Part shown: positions 10,011-19,165 of the stretch, piece by piece
Layout of the letters: every line of letters starts with the position of its first letter
Numbering within the stretch: the stretch's first letter is position 1
Virus record (IMG/VR): IMGVR_UViG_3300021579_000001
Span: 66,404 to 91,322 of that record
Direction: 5' to 3' (one strand)
Length of the DNA stretch: 24,919 nt
Origin: a virus
Made by a program: the position numbers and the translations under genes
Notes under the pieces: model-generated
Databases searched by the model: none
Seen by the model: only the letters and a program-made list of their open reading frames with translations
Told to the model about the DNA's origin: nothing

Positions 10011-11600
10011 TTAGAAGAATGGGCTAGTGCTAACGTCAACTTCTGGCATCGTAAGTTCTTTAGTCAAACTGCACGCAATAGCTAATGAGTCTACAAAGTC
10101 ATCGTGGGCGTAAGCTTCTTTTGGCGCAGCAACCATGAAGTTTGGTCCCTTGTACTGGATTTCAGCATCGTTCATTTGCTGGTAGAAACGTTTCCATACA
10201 CGTAGTCGCCTAGTCTTAGCATGGGCAGGGTAGCCCAGCATTCCTCTCTGGATTAGTGCCTGCAGGTGCTTGAATCTAGAAGACTGTTCACTTGGAGACG
10301 ATGTTAGAGAAATAACCTCTGCTCTTCCTAGTAGTACTTTCAAACGTTGAGCTACTGCGTCACCAACACCATTGGCGTCTACTCCGATTGCGAGTACGTC
10401 ATAGTTTTGAAGAAAGTTAACAATTTGAAAGTATTGCTCTTCCCAGTCATCGCCTTGTAGTTCCAGCCAGTTGAGAACTCTGTGGTCGTAATAACCAAAC
10501 TCATCAGGTCTGTCCCAGTCCACCCAGACAACTGTGACAACAGTGGAGTCCATTTTTCTAGCAGGGTCGATTCCGACCACAACAGGGGTGGAATGCCATG
10601 ACTTGACGAGCTCTTGAGAAGTATCACCCAGCTCATCCATAATGGTAGATGTAACAAACATACCTCGTTCAAGAAGCCACTTGCAGTTATACGACATCTG
10701 AAACTCATCAGAGTCCTCTCCGATACGCAGTTTTTCTTTTTCAATGTGAATAGCGTAGTTAGAGTTAACCTTGGCTACTTCACGCCAGTCCCATTGGAAA
10801 TGGTTTTGTCGAACACCTCGCCCAGTTTGTTTTCGTTTATTTAGCTGGATAGCTTTGTAAAAGTTGTTTTTAGAGGTGGTAGGAGTTCCTGTTTTTACCA
10901 TTGTGCCAGCGTAATACGCCAACATAGGGCTAATTGATTTGGCAACCACAAAGTCATCAGCTTCTTGGCATTCGTCAATAACAATAAGATGAAACGACTT
11001 AGACTCAATCTTTGCTCTAGGGTTAGCGGTCATCATGGTCATAATCGACCCAGAACGCTTGAGCTTGATAGTTTTAGTAACTCCACCAACACGTGCTGCA
11101 GAGTCATCAATGTCAGGGTCTCCCAGAACCTCTCGTGCTCTCTCAGAAGTCAAACGAGTTACGGTTCTGCCAAAAAGGGTTTCTGCCTGACCTTCAGTAG
11201 GTGCAAAAAGTCCTACCCACAGTCCGTCTTTGAACTTTCCCAAAAGGTCTGGGTACCGAGAAGAAAGGATAGGCAGAAGAATCATTAGCGTAGCTACGGT
11301 ATCTGCTACCGTTTCCGATTTGCCTGACTGACGAGCTGCTAGCGCAGTTACTTCGGCACCGTCGCCAATAATGACTGATTCCATCATTCTTCTAGCCAAA
11401 GGTATTTGGTAAGGGTGAAGCGCATGGCCTACAAGAACCACCATGAACTTCATCATCTTATCGATTAGCCCATCCACAAAATCTTGGGTAAGCTCATCAA
11501 GTACGTCTTCTTCAAACTCTTCAAACTGAGATTCGTGCCCCTCAGAGAAGTATTCTGGGGTAATCTCTTCAAACTGGGATTCTTCGTTAGCGAAGTTCAT
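10011..11600 (-). CDS. terL: Terminase large subunit
   Basis: Walker A 'AARQSGKS', Walker B 'LIVIDE', RNase-H-like nuclease motifs 'VVVGIDPAR' and 'HDDFVDSLA'. Confidence 0.95.
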   Translation of the reverse strand: MNFANEESQFEEITPEYFSEGHESQFEEFEEDVLDELTQDFVDGLIDKMMKFMVVLVGHALHPYQIPLARRMMESVIIGDGAEVTALAARQSGKSETVADTVATLMILLPILSSRYPDLLGKFKDGLWVGLFAPTEGQAETLFGRTVTRLTSERAREVLGDPDIDDSAARVGGVTKTIKLKRSGSIMTMMTANPRAKIESKSFHLIVIDECQEADDFVVAKSISPMLAYYAGTMVKTGTPTTSKNNFYKAIQLNKRKQTGRGVRQNHFQWDWREVAKVNSNYAIHIEKEKLRIGEDSDEFQMSYNCKWLLERGMFVTSTIMDELGDTSQELVKSWHSTPVVVGIDPARKMDSTVVTVVWVDWDRPDEFGYYDHRVLNWLELQGDDWEEQYFQIVNFLQNYDVLAIGVDANGVGDAVAQRLKVLLGRAEVISLTSSPSEQSSRFKHLQALIQRGMLGYPAHAKTRRLRVWKRFYQQMNDAEIQYKGPNFMVAAPKEAYAHDDFVDSLAIACSLTKELTMPEVDVSTSPFF

Positions 11601-11829
11601 TCTCAGCTCTCTTTTTCAACTCTTGTGTAATAGCGAGTAGCGCCTGTGCCCCAAGCTCCATCTCATAAAGCGCGTCAATGTTTCGCGTCTTTTGGTGGTG
11701 GGTTATCTCTTTACCAATAGTGTAAAGAGCGTTCTCCACCCAAGAGACTAGCTCAGGAGTAGCTAGGCTAGCTACTCTTCTCTGAATTGCGGTAAGCTGG
11801 GGCTGTCCAGCCCTCTTCAAAATCTTCAT
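11587..11829 (-). CDS. Hypothetical protein (80 aa)
   Basis: ORF track; overlaps the terL start and the preceding gene. Confidence 0.7.
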   Translation of the reverse strand: MKILKRAGQPQLTAIQRRVASLATPELVSWVENALYTIGKEITHHQKTRNIDALYEMELGAQALLAITQELKKRAENELR

Positions 11830-12076
11830 CAGTTAATACCCGTCCATGTATCGCTGCGTTTAGCGCAGTTTTTTCATCCGTATAGTGGCCTGCCCACTTA
11901 CCCAATACTAGTGCCTTGTGAAAAGGCAGTCTTACTATAAGTGGCGAAGAGTGCCTGAATGGGTAATCGATTTCGTTAGTGTAGCCTCGAACTACTACTT
12001 TTTTACCCCAGACAACTCTAAAGTTAGTGAGTACTTGTACAAAGTGTTGTTTTCCGATGTTGTGTATTTTTGGCAT
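11768..12076 (-). CDS. Hypothetical protein (102 aa)
   Basis: Start moved to ATG at 12076 (MPKIHNIGK), with AGGA RBS just after the KTSC gene stop. Confidence 0.75.
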   Translation of the reverse strand: MPKIHNIGKQHFVQVLTNFRVVWGKKVVVRGYTNEIDYPFRHSSPLIVRLPFHKALVLGKWAGHYTDEKTALNAAIHGRVLTDEDFEEGWTAPAYRNSEKSS

Positions 12077-12083
12077 TGTGTTC

Positions 12084-12785
12084 CTATTTGGGGTTTTTAC
12101 CTTTGTTCTTTGCTGGATTAACTCCGTAACCTTTAGACACTTGGCTATTAGGAGAAAGTTTAGAAAGTGAGTGCGCATTTTTCAGCACTCTTTGAGCCAC
12201 AATAGTTTTACCACCAGACTGAGTTTTGTAGAAACGTTTAGTCTTGTATCTGGTCTGGGCAGTGGCAACCACTGCATAAATTTCTTGTGCATCTCTAGGG
12301 TCGACATTTGACATGTCGGCAGGACCCTGCCTGTGGTGGATAAACTCACCTGGGGTGTTTGGGCCAAACTTATTTAGCCATGGGCGACCTTTTGAGATTG
12401 AGTTGTGAAAACCAATCCATTGGTCGGTAGTTACATCGTAGTAGTTGTACACCGTTCCATCACGGAATACCACGGTCATGACCTGTCTTTTAGCGTCATA
12501 GCCTGCGGCAACTGTTCTAGGTTTGTTCACGTTTGTAGAAGAAGTTGGTAAGTCAGTTAACCTTGCAGGAGCTTCAGGAGCAGCGTAGTCTTCTTCGTAC
12601 GTGATTCCAGCAGCATCTGTGAACGTTCTAGTTCTATCGCGGTAATCTTCTTCGTATTTTGGGGCGTATCTTCCCAAAGAAGCCTGGTCTATTGGAGCAA
12701 ACGAAGTAGTAGCGTCATGTGCATAACGCAGGCGTTGCACCTCGGATGAAGACCATCCTTCTGGTGGAACGCCTGCGTTAGCCAT
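12084..12785 (-). CDS. KTSC-domain protein
   Basis: 'AAGYDAKRQVMTVVFRDGTVYNYYDV...HNSISKG' fits the KTSC pattern. Confidence 0.8.
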   Translation of the reverse strand: MANAGVPPEGWSSSEVQRLRYAHDATTSFAPIDQASLGRYAPKYEEDYRDRTRTFTDAAGITYEEDYAAPEAPARLTDLPTSSTNVNKPRTVAAGYDAKRQVMTVVFRDGTVYNYYDVTTDQWIGFHNSISKGRPWLNKFGPNTPGEFIHHRQGPADMSNVDPRDAQEIYAVVATAQTRYKTKRFYKTQSGGKTIVAQRVLKNAHSLSKLSPNSQVSKGYGVNPAKNKGKNPK

Positions 12786-12794
12786 TAGTACCTA

Positions 12795-13514
12795 CTATGC
12801 GTAAGCTACGACAGTGATGTCAGCAGTACCAGTAATCGAGTTAGCCAAAGGAGCTACACTTTGTGAGAAGATAGTTCCAGTTACACCAACAACTGAACCA
12901 GTTAGAGCTGACTGTGAAACAACTGTTGAAGCACTCGATACGAATGAAACAGTGTTAGTCGCAGCAGCGGTAACAGTCCAAGTTCCGTTGAACTCAGTGT
13001 TAGGGGTAGTAAGTGCCGAGATAGTAATCTTGGTTCCTACAGGGTACTGTGCACCAGCGCCAGTGGCGGTGATAGTTGCGGTGGTCGAACCAGCGGTACG
13101 AGCAATCGCAGTAACAGTTTTAGCAGTGTTGGTCTGTGCAGTACCAGTCTTAACGTTAGCGTCCTGGTAGCCTGAGTCACGAAGACCGTCCTTGGCATCA
13201 GCCAGGACAAGACCTAGAACGTTAGGCACAGCAATGAAAGGGGTGTAGTTGTAGGCAGTTCCAGTAAACTCGCCTAGGTCGTTTGGAACATAGCTAGGGT
13301 AGCCGTTCCATGCACCAAGAACAATGTCGTGGTTAGATTTTCCTGGCACAAGGCGCTTGCTTCCACCAGTCACTGGGTCAGTGGTAGAGGTAGCAGTTGC
13401 AGTGTCAGTGTTGGTGGTACGCAAGTCATTAGGCTGACTTGGGAAGTTTCCCCAAACAAAATCCACTTGGATGTTGCCTGAAGTATCAGTAGCGTGACCG
13501 CTGTTTGATGGCAT
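12795..13514 (-). CDS. Thr/Ala-rich virion protein with PASTA-like segments
   Basis: 'VPNVLGLVLADAKDGLRDSGY' and 'GTIFSQSVAP' flank a beta-rich insert. Confidence 0.7.
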   Translation of the reverse strand: MPSNSGHATDTSGNIQVDFVWGNFPSQPNDLRTTNTDTATATSTTDPVTGGSKRLVPGKSNHDIVLGAWNGYPSYVPNDLGEFTGTAYNYTPFIAVPNVLGLVLADAKDGLRDSGYQDANVKTGTAQTNTAKTVTAIARTAGSTTATITATGAGAQYPVGTKITISALTTPNTEFNGTWTVTAAATNTVSFVSSASTVVSQSALTGSVVGVTGTIFSQSVAPLANSITGTADITVVAYA

Positions 13515-13517
13515 TAT

Positions 13518-13751
13518 TTACTCGCTTTCGCAATCATGATTATCGGTTTCTTCCTCGTAGAGAACATCTCCGCAAAATTTGCAAACAAACATGCGGACAT
13601 CGTCTAATGCTTCGTGTAATGAGTCCGAGTGAGAGTCGTCGTAAACCACGGGAGCTTGCGCAAAAATTTCCTGTGGAAACGGACCTTGAGGTCTGTGTGG
13701 GCCATTAGGGACGGCATGTCCCTGAACAGCGAACTTTCTAATTAAGGGCAC
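13518..13751 (-). CDS. Small hypothetical protein with CxxC/H-x-C motif
   Basis: ORF track; 'CKFCG...HDC'. Confidence 0.7.
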   Translation of the reverse strand: MPLIRKFAVQGHAVPNGPHRPQGPFPQEIFAQAPVVYDDSHSDSLHEALDDVRMFVCKFCGDVLYEEETDNHDCESE

Positions 13752-13947
13752 TAGGTTCCTCAGGTGTTACTGCTGCGCTTTTCTTTGCTTTAGGGGCAGG
13801 AGCGTCCTCAATTATAGGTAAAAGACCAGCATCTCTGCGAGAGGTTAGGAACTTCGGCAGATGGTACTGGCAATAGTGCAGGTTGTAGCCTGCACTAACA
13901 GGGTAAGTATACAGGGCTTCTTGAGTACAGTTAGCACATACTGCCAT
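13738..13947 (-). CDS. Small hypothetical protein, possible Zn binder
   Basis: 'CANC...CQYH'. Confidence 0.75.
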   Translation of the reverse strand: MAVCANCTQEALYTYPVSAGYNLHYCQYHLPKFLTSRRDAGLLPIIEDAPAPKAKKSAAVTPEEPSALN

Positions 13948-13949
13948 GA

Positions 13950-14576
13950 TTAAGGCTTTCCTTTAGGGGTAGGTTTTGGGGCATTCAAAGTTTTTTCGTG
14001 GTTACTGATGGCTTCTTTGGCCAATGCTTCCTGACCACCGTGAAGTTGAACGAGGTTAGCGTAGCTAGACTGTTTCTTAGCTAGACCAACACGCTTATCG
14101 TTGTTCAGCTTAACGTGCGCAATGACGGCTTCTTTTCTAGCTTTAGCACTGGCAAGTTTAGTTGGGTCAGGTCTATCCACAGAGAATGAGCCGTTTCTTA
14201 GCGTAACCCCAGACTCTAGGTGCTTCATAGCCAGACGAACATCTGCTCTACGGCTGTTCGCAGTAGCACGACCTTCGTTAATTTTTGCCAAACTTCCAGC
14301 TTGAGTTCTCTGGATTAGTCTTTGGTGCTCATTGTCTCTAGCCTGCTCAGAAAGGTCGTGCTTTGCACGGGCAGCTACAATCTCCCCAGCAACTTTGTGT
14401 GTAGCAAGAGCAATGTTATTTTGGTGAGTTTGCCCTAGCTTTAGTGAATCAAAGTGGTGCTGAACAGCCATCTTCTGCAGTTCTTGCTGGTGCTTACTGC
14501 CCATAGACATGACATTGTCGAATCCTCTGCCTAAGGCCATTAGCAGACCGCCCGCACCTGTACTATTAATGCTCAT
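13950..14576 (-). CDS. Hypothetical basic helical protein (208 aa)
   Basis: ORF track; fills the operon; AAGGA RBS. Confidence 0.75.
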   Translation of the reverse strand: MSINSTGAGGLLMALGRGFDNVMSMGSKHQQELQKMAVQHHFDSLKLGQTHQNNIALATHKVAGEIVAARAKHDLSEQARDNEHQRLIQRTQAGSLAKINEGRATANSRRADVRLAMKHLESGVTLRNGSFSVDRPDPTKLASAKARKEAVIAHVKLNNDKRVGLAKKQSSYANLVQLHGGQEALAKEAISNHEKTLNAPKPTPKGKP

Positions 14577-14940
14577 TTGCGTTCCTTTTAATCTCGGCTA
14601 TTTCTGATTCTACCTTGTTAAACTTTTCGTCACCGTCTATAAGTCGGTGCTCAATGTTTTCCAGAGTGCGCTCAATACGTTTTACTGCGTCTTTCATGGT
14701 AGAACCCCCATTGTGCTTAAGCTCACCATCGATGTTATTTAGCCTGGCCATAACACCAGGAACAGCATCTCTGCCAGGAGCAGCAGGCTCACCCTGCCAG
14801 TCACGCATAAAAATGTTTACTTGTTCTTCAAAGTTGCGCACTCTGGTGGTAATCCATCTAAGAAATCCCACGATTCCTCCAATAATGGTAACTCCTACGC
14901 CAATTAGTGCAAAAATTTGTAACCAGTCCACTGGGTTCAC
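14566..14940 (-). CDS. Membrane protein of the lysis cassette (DUF2746-like)
   Basis: N-terminal TM helix, 'ELKHNGGSTMKDAVKRIE' motif and coiled coil; next to the holin. Confidence 0.7.
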   Translation of the reverse strand: MNPVDWLQIFALIGVGVTIIGGIVGFLRWITTRVRNFEEQVNIFMRDWQGEPAAPGRDAVPGVMARLNNIDGELKHNGGSTMKDAVKRIERTLENIEHRLIDGDEKFNKVESEIAEIKRNANEH

Positions 14941-14968
14941 CGACTTTTCTACCTAGTTTTACTGGAAG

Positions 14969-15307
14969 CTATTTCTTAACAATCTTCTTAGCTACTGCGT
15001 CAATTGCAGGCTCTACTGCAGTTTCGACTTCAGCAGTGACTTTAGCAGCGATGTCTTCCGCAATAGCGGTTGTTTGCACATCACCAGTAGCTGGTTTTGG
15101 AAGGTTATTGGTGTTAATACCCAATGCTTTATCCAGAGGATTAAGGGCCTTTACAATAGGGCCAATAAACCCTGCAAGGAACGCCCACAAGAGGTCAAGT
15201 GGCTGATTTACGCCACCGTTAAGGAAAAGGATTACTGCCGAAGCAACTCCAGCCTCAAGATACGAGAAAAAAGCTGATTTAATAGTGGCAATAGTTTTGG
15301 CTGACAT
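14969..15307 (-). CDS. Holin
   Basis: Two TM helices followed by 'ALNPLD', a basic C-terminus, AAGGAG RBS, and proximity to the endolysin. Confidence 0.7.
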   Translation of the reverse strand: MSAKTIATIKSAFFSYLEAGVASAVILFLNGGVNQPLDLLWAFLAGFIGPIVKALNPLDKALGINTNNLPKPATGDVQTTAIAEDIAAKVTAEVETAVEPAIDAVAKKIVKK

Positions 15308-15326
15308 AATGTCTCCTTTAAAAAAT

Positions 15327-15365
15327 AAAAGTCCTCTATAAGATTGTGACTTATAGAGGGCTTTT
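15327..15365. terminator. Bidirectional terminator-like inverted repeat
   Basis: aaaagtcctctataag-attgtga-cttatagagggctttt. Confidence 0.7.
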
Positions 15366-15379
15366 ATACAGGGTAAATG

Positions 15380-15559
15380 TTAGGTAATGCGGTTACCGCC
15401 ACCAAAACCTTCAGAGTTTTGACGACCACTACGGGCCCAAAGCCTAATACTAGGTTTATTGATAGGAGATTTATCGTACAGTTTTACTGCCCGAGTAAAC
15501 TCTGTTCCCAATTTAGGCGGCTTGCGGTTGTTAGGCGCTAGGGGTTTTCTTTCAAGCAT
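15380..15559 (-). CDS. Small basic hypothetical protein (59 aa, not in track)
   Basis: MLERKPLAPNNRKPPK...GGGNRIT*; TAATG overlap with the endolysin stop. Confidence 0.7.
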   Translation of the reverse strand: MLERKPLAPNNRKPPKLGTEFTRAVKLYDKSPINKPSIRLWARSGRQNSEGFGGGNRIT

Positions 15560-16014
15560 TATTTGGCGTAACCTGGGCGTCCATAACCCAAGATGTAGCG
15601 ATAGCTAATACTGTGGTTGTATTCCGACACCAGACCAGGGGTTGGAGTAGTTGAGTCTGCACTCACAACCCAAACACCATTCTTATCAGCTTTGATAACA
15701 ATGCCAACGTGGTCATGGTTGATAGTGCCGTGACCCATAGTCGCCTTAGGGTTTTTGGCAGCAGTTTCCCAGTCAAAAATAACAAGGTCACCAGCAACTG
15801 GAACACCTGAAGTGAACCACTGCTTCTTGTGCTTAAAGTAGTCTACAAGGTCACCGCATGAGACAATCTCAGGAGTAATTCCTAGAACCCATGAGACAGC
15901 GGCAGCACAGTCATACTCGTGTCCCTGTGCCCAAACAGTTGGTAGCCAAGGGTAAACTTTACGAGGCTTACCTTCGTATTTTTTCAGTTTGTTGATTGCG
16001 TCAATAGCTTTCAT
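15559..16014 (-). CDS. CHAP/NlpC-P60 superfamily endolysin (catalytic domain only, 151 aa)
   Basis: 'YDCAAAVSW', 'GDLVIFDW', 'HDHVGIV'. Start set at ATG 16014 after an AAGGA RBS. Confidence 0.8.
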   Translation of the reverse strand: MKAIDAINKLKKYEGKPRKVYPWLPTVWAQGHEYDCAAAVSWVLGITPEIVSCGDLVDYFKHKKQWFTSGVPVAGDLVIFDWETAAKNPKATMGHGTINHDHVGIVIKADKNGVWVVSADSTTPTPGLVSEYNHSISYRYILGYGRPGYAK

Positions 16015-16030
16015 CTTTTTCCTTTTTTCC

Positions 16031-16360
16031 TTAATAGGCAGCTGTGCCACCATAATCTGGGATTTGTGCTTTTGCAGCACCTCCACCTACTTTACCAGAC
16101 TCCGCGTCTTCAGGAGTTCCCATAGGCACTCCTGTAATCGTGCTAACCCCAGCGTAGTTTGTTGCACCTGAGATTACGGCAGGCATCTGGTCCCAGAAGA
16201 TTCCAGACGAACCTGCATAGACGGTAGTATCTTGAGGAGGGTTTAGCGCACCTCTTGGTAGGACCTCTCCTCTAGGACCTGCGTACATTCCAGTGGTTTG
16301 TAAGTGAGGTTCTGCAAACTGGCCTGCCAATACAGGGTGACCTTGTAGTGGTGCGGTCAT
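16031..16360 (-). CDS. Hypothetical Gly/Pro-rich protein (109 aa)
   Basis: ORF track; ATGA coupling. Confidence 0.75.
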   Translation of the reverse strand: MTAPLQGHPVLAGQFAEPHLQTTGMYAGPRGEVLPRGALNPPQDTTVYAGSSGIFWDQMPAVISGATNYAGVSTITGVPMGTPEDAESGKVGGGAAKAQIPDYGGTAAY

Positions 16361-16518
16361 GCTTTTTCCCCGTATTTCACAGTGGTGTCTGAAGGCCCTG
16401 TTGCTGACCCTACTAGGCTTACTGAGCCAGAGTTAGACTGGGAACCTTTATCATCGTAAACCCCTTGGTTAGCTGACGCAGCTCTCAGTTGTGCGCAGCT
16501 TAGCATCTCTCCACTCAT
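16357..16518 (-). CDS. Small hypothetical protein (53 aa, not in track)
   Basis: MSGEMLSCAQLRAAS...YGEKA*; ATGA overlaps at both ends. Confidence 0.7.
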   Translation of the reverse strand: MSGEMLSCAQLRAASANQGVYDDKGSQSNSGSVSLVGSATGPSDTTVKYGEKA

Positions 16519-16994
16519 TCCTTGACCAACTTTCCATCAATGCCCAATTTTCTGAACATTTTAACGTTTTTCTTTTTGTCATCGTACGCTTTTTTTACGT
16601 CAAACTTAGGCAAGATGTCTTCTTCTAGAAGTTCCCGCTTAAGTTTCTTATCGCTCTCTTTAGCGTCATCCGTTGGGCGCATAACGAGCGCATCATAAGG
16701 AATGTGGTTTTTGTGTAGCCACTTTTTAGTTTCTTCACGATAATGCGCGCTACGAGCAGTGAGGATAACCACGTTATCTCCAGCAGACTTAGCTTTGTGC
16801 ATTTTATCTAGGATGTCCTCATTGACCCCTACGTTCAAAGCTTCTTGAGCAAATCCTGGGTGTTTACCATTTTTGCCCTTGTGATGCTTCTCATATTTCA
16901 TGTTTTCTGCAAGAGTGCCGTCTAGGTCAAACAGCACAGTAGCGGTCCTCTTATGCAAAGGTTTTTGCAGTTCAAACTCGTTGTTTTTACTCAT
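16515..16994 (-). CDS. HAD-family phosphatase (PNKP 3'-phosphatase-like)
   Basis: Motif I 'FDLDGT', motif II 'LTAR', motif III Lys, motif IV 'YDD'. Probably leaderless (CATACT-N6-ATG). Confidence 0.85.
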   Translation of the reverse strand: MSKNNEFELQKPLHKRTATVLFDLDGTLAENMKYEKHHKGKNGKHPGFAQEALNVGVNEDILDKMHKAKSAGDNVVILTARSAHYREETKKWLHKNHIPYDALVMRPTDDAKESDKKLKRELLEEDILPKFDVKKAYDDKKKNVKMFRKLGIDGKLVKE

Positions 16995-17065
16995 CTTCTA
17001 AGTATGGCAAACTACTTGCTACTTATTGGGCTAAGCGGTAGTCTGGTATCATACACGGAGGTAAC

Positions 17066-17512
17066 ATGGCTGCGCCAAAACACTTAGGTAAAACTATCCG
17101 AGAGCTAAAAGCTAAAGGCTTCAGCTACAACCAAATTGCGCATGCTGTAGGAACTTCTAAAGGCAACATCTCGTACCATTTAGGGCTAGGGCAAAAAGCT
17201 AAAACTAAAACCCGAACAACTGCTTTACGTGGAACTATTGACAAGTATGTACGTCACCAAAAAGAAACTAACCCATGCTCAGATTGCGGGCAGTTTTACG
17301 CGTACTACATCCTAGAGTATGACCACCGTCCTGATTTTGTAAAGTTGTTTGGCATTGCTAACTACAAAACGTACACCAATAGCATTGATGTAGTAAAAGC
17401 GGAAATGGCCAAATGCGATTTAGTTTGTGCTAACTGCCATAGAACTCGTGAGCATTGGCGCAGAGTAGAAAAAGCTGGTATGTTGGAATCATACGAAGAG
17501 CACGATTTTTAG
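17066..17512 (+). CDS. HTH-HNH endonuclease
   Basis: N-terminal HTH 'GFSYNQIAHAVGTSKGNISYH', then 'CSDC...YDH...CDLVCANCH'; GGAGG RBS. Confidence 0.85.
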   Translation: MAAPKHLGKTIRELKAKGFSYNQIAHAVGTSKGNISYHLGLGQKAKTKTRTTALRGTIDKYVRHQKETNPCSDCGQFYAYYILEYDHRPDFVKLFGIANYKTYTNSIDVVKAEMAKCDLVCANCHRTREHWRRVEKAGMLESYEEHDF

Positions 17513-17580
17513 CCCCTAATGATGGACTCTTACAAGAGGTTTCTACCCTCTCAGTCGCAGTTCGATTCTGCGTAGGGGTT
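17512..17580 (+). tRNA. tRNA-Arg(TCT) with degenerate D-arm
   Basis: Acceptor GCCCCTA/TAGGGGT; anticodon arm AGAGG-TTTCTAC-CCTCT; T arm CGCAG-TTCGATT-CTGCG; no CCA. Confidence 0.75.
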
Positions 17581-17596
17581 CTATGAAAGGAATAAC

Positions 17597-17779
17597 ATGA
17601 GTAAGCTGTTTACGCTAGAAGAGGTTCATGCTCTAGAACTATCTGCTGTCAAAGCAACTGAAAAACGCATTATCAAACTGCTGAAGAAGCATGGTAAATC
17701 TAAATGGTGCGGTGAGGGAGATTGCCCTCGTCCATTCCCTACCAAGCATCTTATTGCTCTTATCAAAGGAGGAAACTAA
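17597..17779 (+). CDS. Small hypothetical protein ('RIIKLL...LIKG' family)
   Basis: GAAAGGA RBS; ORF track. Confidence 0.8.
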   Translation: MSKLFTLEEVHALELSAVKATEKRIIKLLKKHGKSKWCGEGDCPRPFPTKHLIALIKGGN

Positions 17780-18024
17780 TGAGCGATAACTATCAGCAAT
17801 GGCTTGATGGTGAGATTGGCGATTCAGAGTTGAGCCGTCGTCAGTCTTTAGACCAGTCGCAGACCCTTTTTGATTTGGGGGTTATTCGTGAACGTGAACG
17901 TATTATCAAACTGCTAGAAGAAGATGAAACCTATTCGATTTTGGCATATCACATTTATGGAAATGGAAGCCCACAAGAACTTACAACTGACCTTGTGGGG
18001 CTTATCAAAGGAGAGAACAAATGA
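17779..18024 (+). CDS. Small hypothetical protein ('RIIKLL...LIKG' family, 81 aa)
   Basis: Start moved to ATG 17779 (AAGGAGG RBS, TAATG overlap). Confidence 0.8.
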   Translation: MSDNYQQWLDGEIGDSELSRRQSLDQSQTLFDLGVIRERERIIKLLEEDETYSILAYHIYGNGSPQELTTDLVGLIKGENK

Positions 18025-18458
18025 ACGGAAAAATCATTTACGAAGTTCACAAGTGTATTCCACCTGTCGCAGAACGTCACCTAGACGTTGGCTCTGTATG
18101 GCAGTGCGAATGTAACCAGAGGTGGGAGTTAGTTTACGACCTTTACTCCTATCACACAGCAACTACTCCAGTCACAAAGTGGGTCATCCTAAAGTTTTTG
18201 GATTGGAATGAGGAAGAAAACCGACCACTAACTAAAACAGAACGTGCTTGGCGGGATACTATGCCTAAAGACTGGCGTGAAAAGGTAAAGGACATGCCTT
18301 ATCAAGACTTTTGCCCTACCTGTGAAGAAAAGGGTGCTTTCGGTCAAATCTGGTACCCAGATGTTGAAGGTTTCCGTCAGGACTGTGTTAAGTGCCGTGT
18401 AGTTCACACTCCGTCTATTTGGGAACGGTTTATCGCTTTTATCAAAGGAGAGAAGTAA
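18021..18458 (+). CDS. Hypothetical Cys-rich protein (145 aa)
   Basis: CxC and two CxxC motifs; ATGA coupling. Confidence 0.8.
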   Translation: MNGKIIYEVHKCIPPVAERHLDVGSVWQCECNQRWELVYDLYSYHTATTPVTKWVILKFLDWNEEENRPLTKTERAWRDTMPKDWREKVKDMPYQDFCPTCEEKGAFGQIWYPDVEGFRQDCVKCRVVHTPSIWERFIAFIKGEK

Positions 18459-18662
18459 ATGAGGTTAAAACTCGCTTTATGGCTTGCCTACAAGATTGGC
18501 GGTCAAGAGTTTGCTAAATGGCGTTCTGAGCGTGTTCGTATGGGCGGAAAACTCACTGAACATAACATCACCGTGAGGCTAGAAAACTCTGATGTTTGGG
18601 GTTATCTAGATTATGACCACAAGAAAATGATTTCTGCTCTTATTAAAGGGGAAAACAAATGA
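18459..18662 (+). CDS. Small hypothetical protein (67 aa)
   Basis: ORF track; AAGGAG RBS. Confidence 0.8.
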   Translation: MRLKLALWLAYKIGGQEFAKWRSERVRMGGKLTEHNITVRLENSDVWGYLDYDHKKMISALIKGENK

Positions 18663-18997
18663 ACAACGATGCTACAAATCAATACCTAACACGCATGACA
18701 AAGTCTCGCCACACCCTGCGAGAGTTCATCCAGCCAAAAACACTAAAGCAATGGCTCTTTGTAATCAAGTGGAGCTGGTTTGACAGAAAAGGTCCTCTAC
18801 GCCCTGCAAAAGAGGGTGAGTACTACAGCAAAGACGCTATCAAATACATGAAGCTGAAGCTAGACCTTATGGCACTAAACGACCACTATTCGGACTACAA
18901 CCGTCAACGTCTTCAGCACTTTTTGTCGTTGAAAGACGAGCCTCAGACCAAATCAGTTACTCGCAGGAAGAAAATCGAAAACGGAGAACAACTATGA
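18659..18997 (+). CDS. Hypothetical protein (112 aa)
   Basis: ORF track; ATGA coupling. Confidence 0.8.
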   Translation: MNNDATNQYLTRMTKSRHTLREFIQPKTLKQWLFVIKWSWFDRKGPLRPAKEGEYYSKDAIKYMKLKLDLMALNDHYSDYNRQRLQHFLSLKDEPQTKSVTRRKKIENGEQL

Positions 18998-19161
18998 GTA
19001 AAGACAAAGCAACAACACTAATCGCCAAACTTATTGTGAGTCTACTAACACTATTTCTATTGCCATTGACTGTAATGGCGTTGATTCAAAATCCACTAAA
19101 CTATTGGGCATGGGTAGGAACAATCCTACTGGCTCGCCCAATTTTCCGAAAAGTGAAATAA
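18994..19161 (+). CDS. Small two-TM membrane protein (55 aa, not in track)
   Basis: MSKDKATTLIAKLIVSLLTLFLLPLTVMALIQNPLNYWAWVGTILLARPIFRKVK*; GGAG RBS; ATGA overlap. Confidence 0.75.
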   Translation: MSKDKATTLIAKLIVSLLTLFLLPLTVMALIQNPLNYWAWVGTILLARPIFRKVK

Positions 19162-19165
19162 GTAG

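Noticed and set aside
17540-17546. Amber suppressor (CTA) reading of the tRNA loop TTTCTAC
   Set aside because: The central triplet of the 7-nt loop is TCT, and TAG acts as a normal stop in several genes here.
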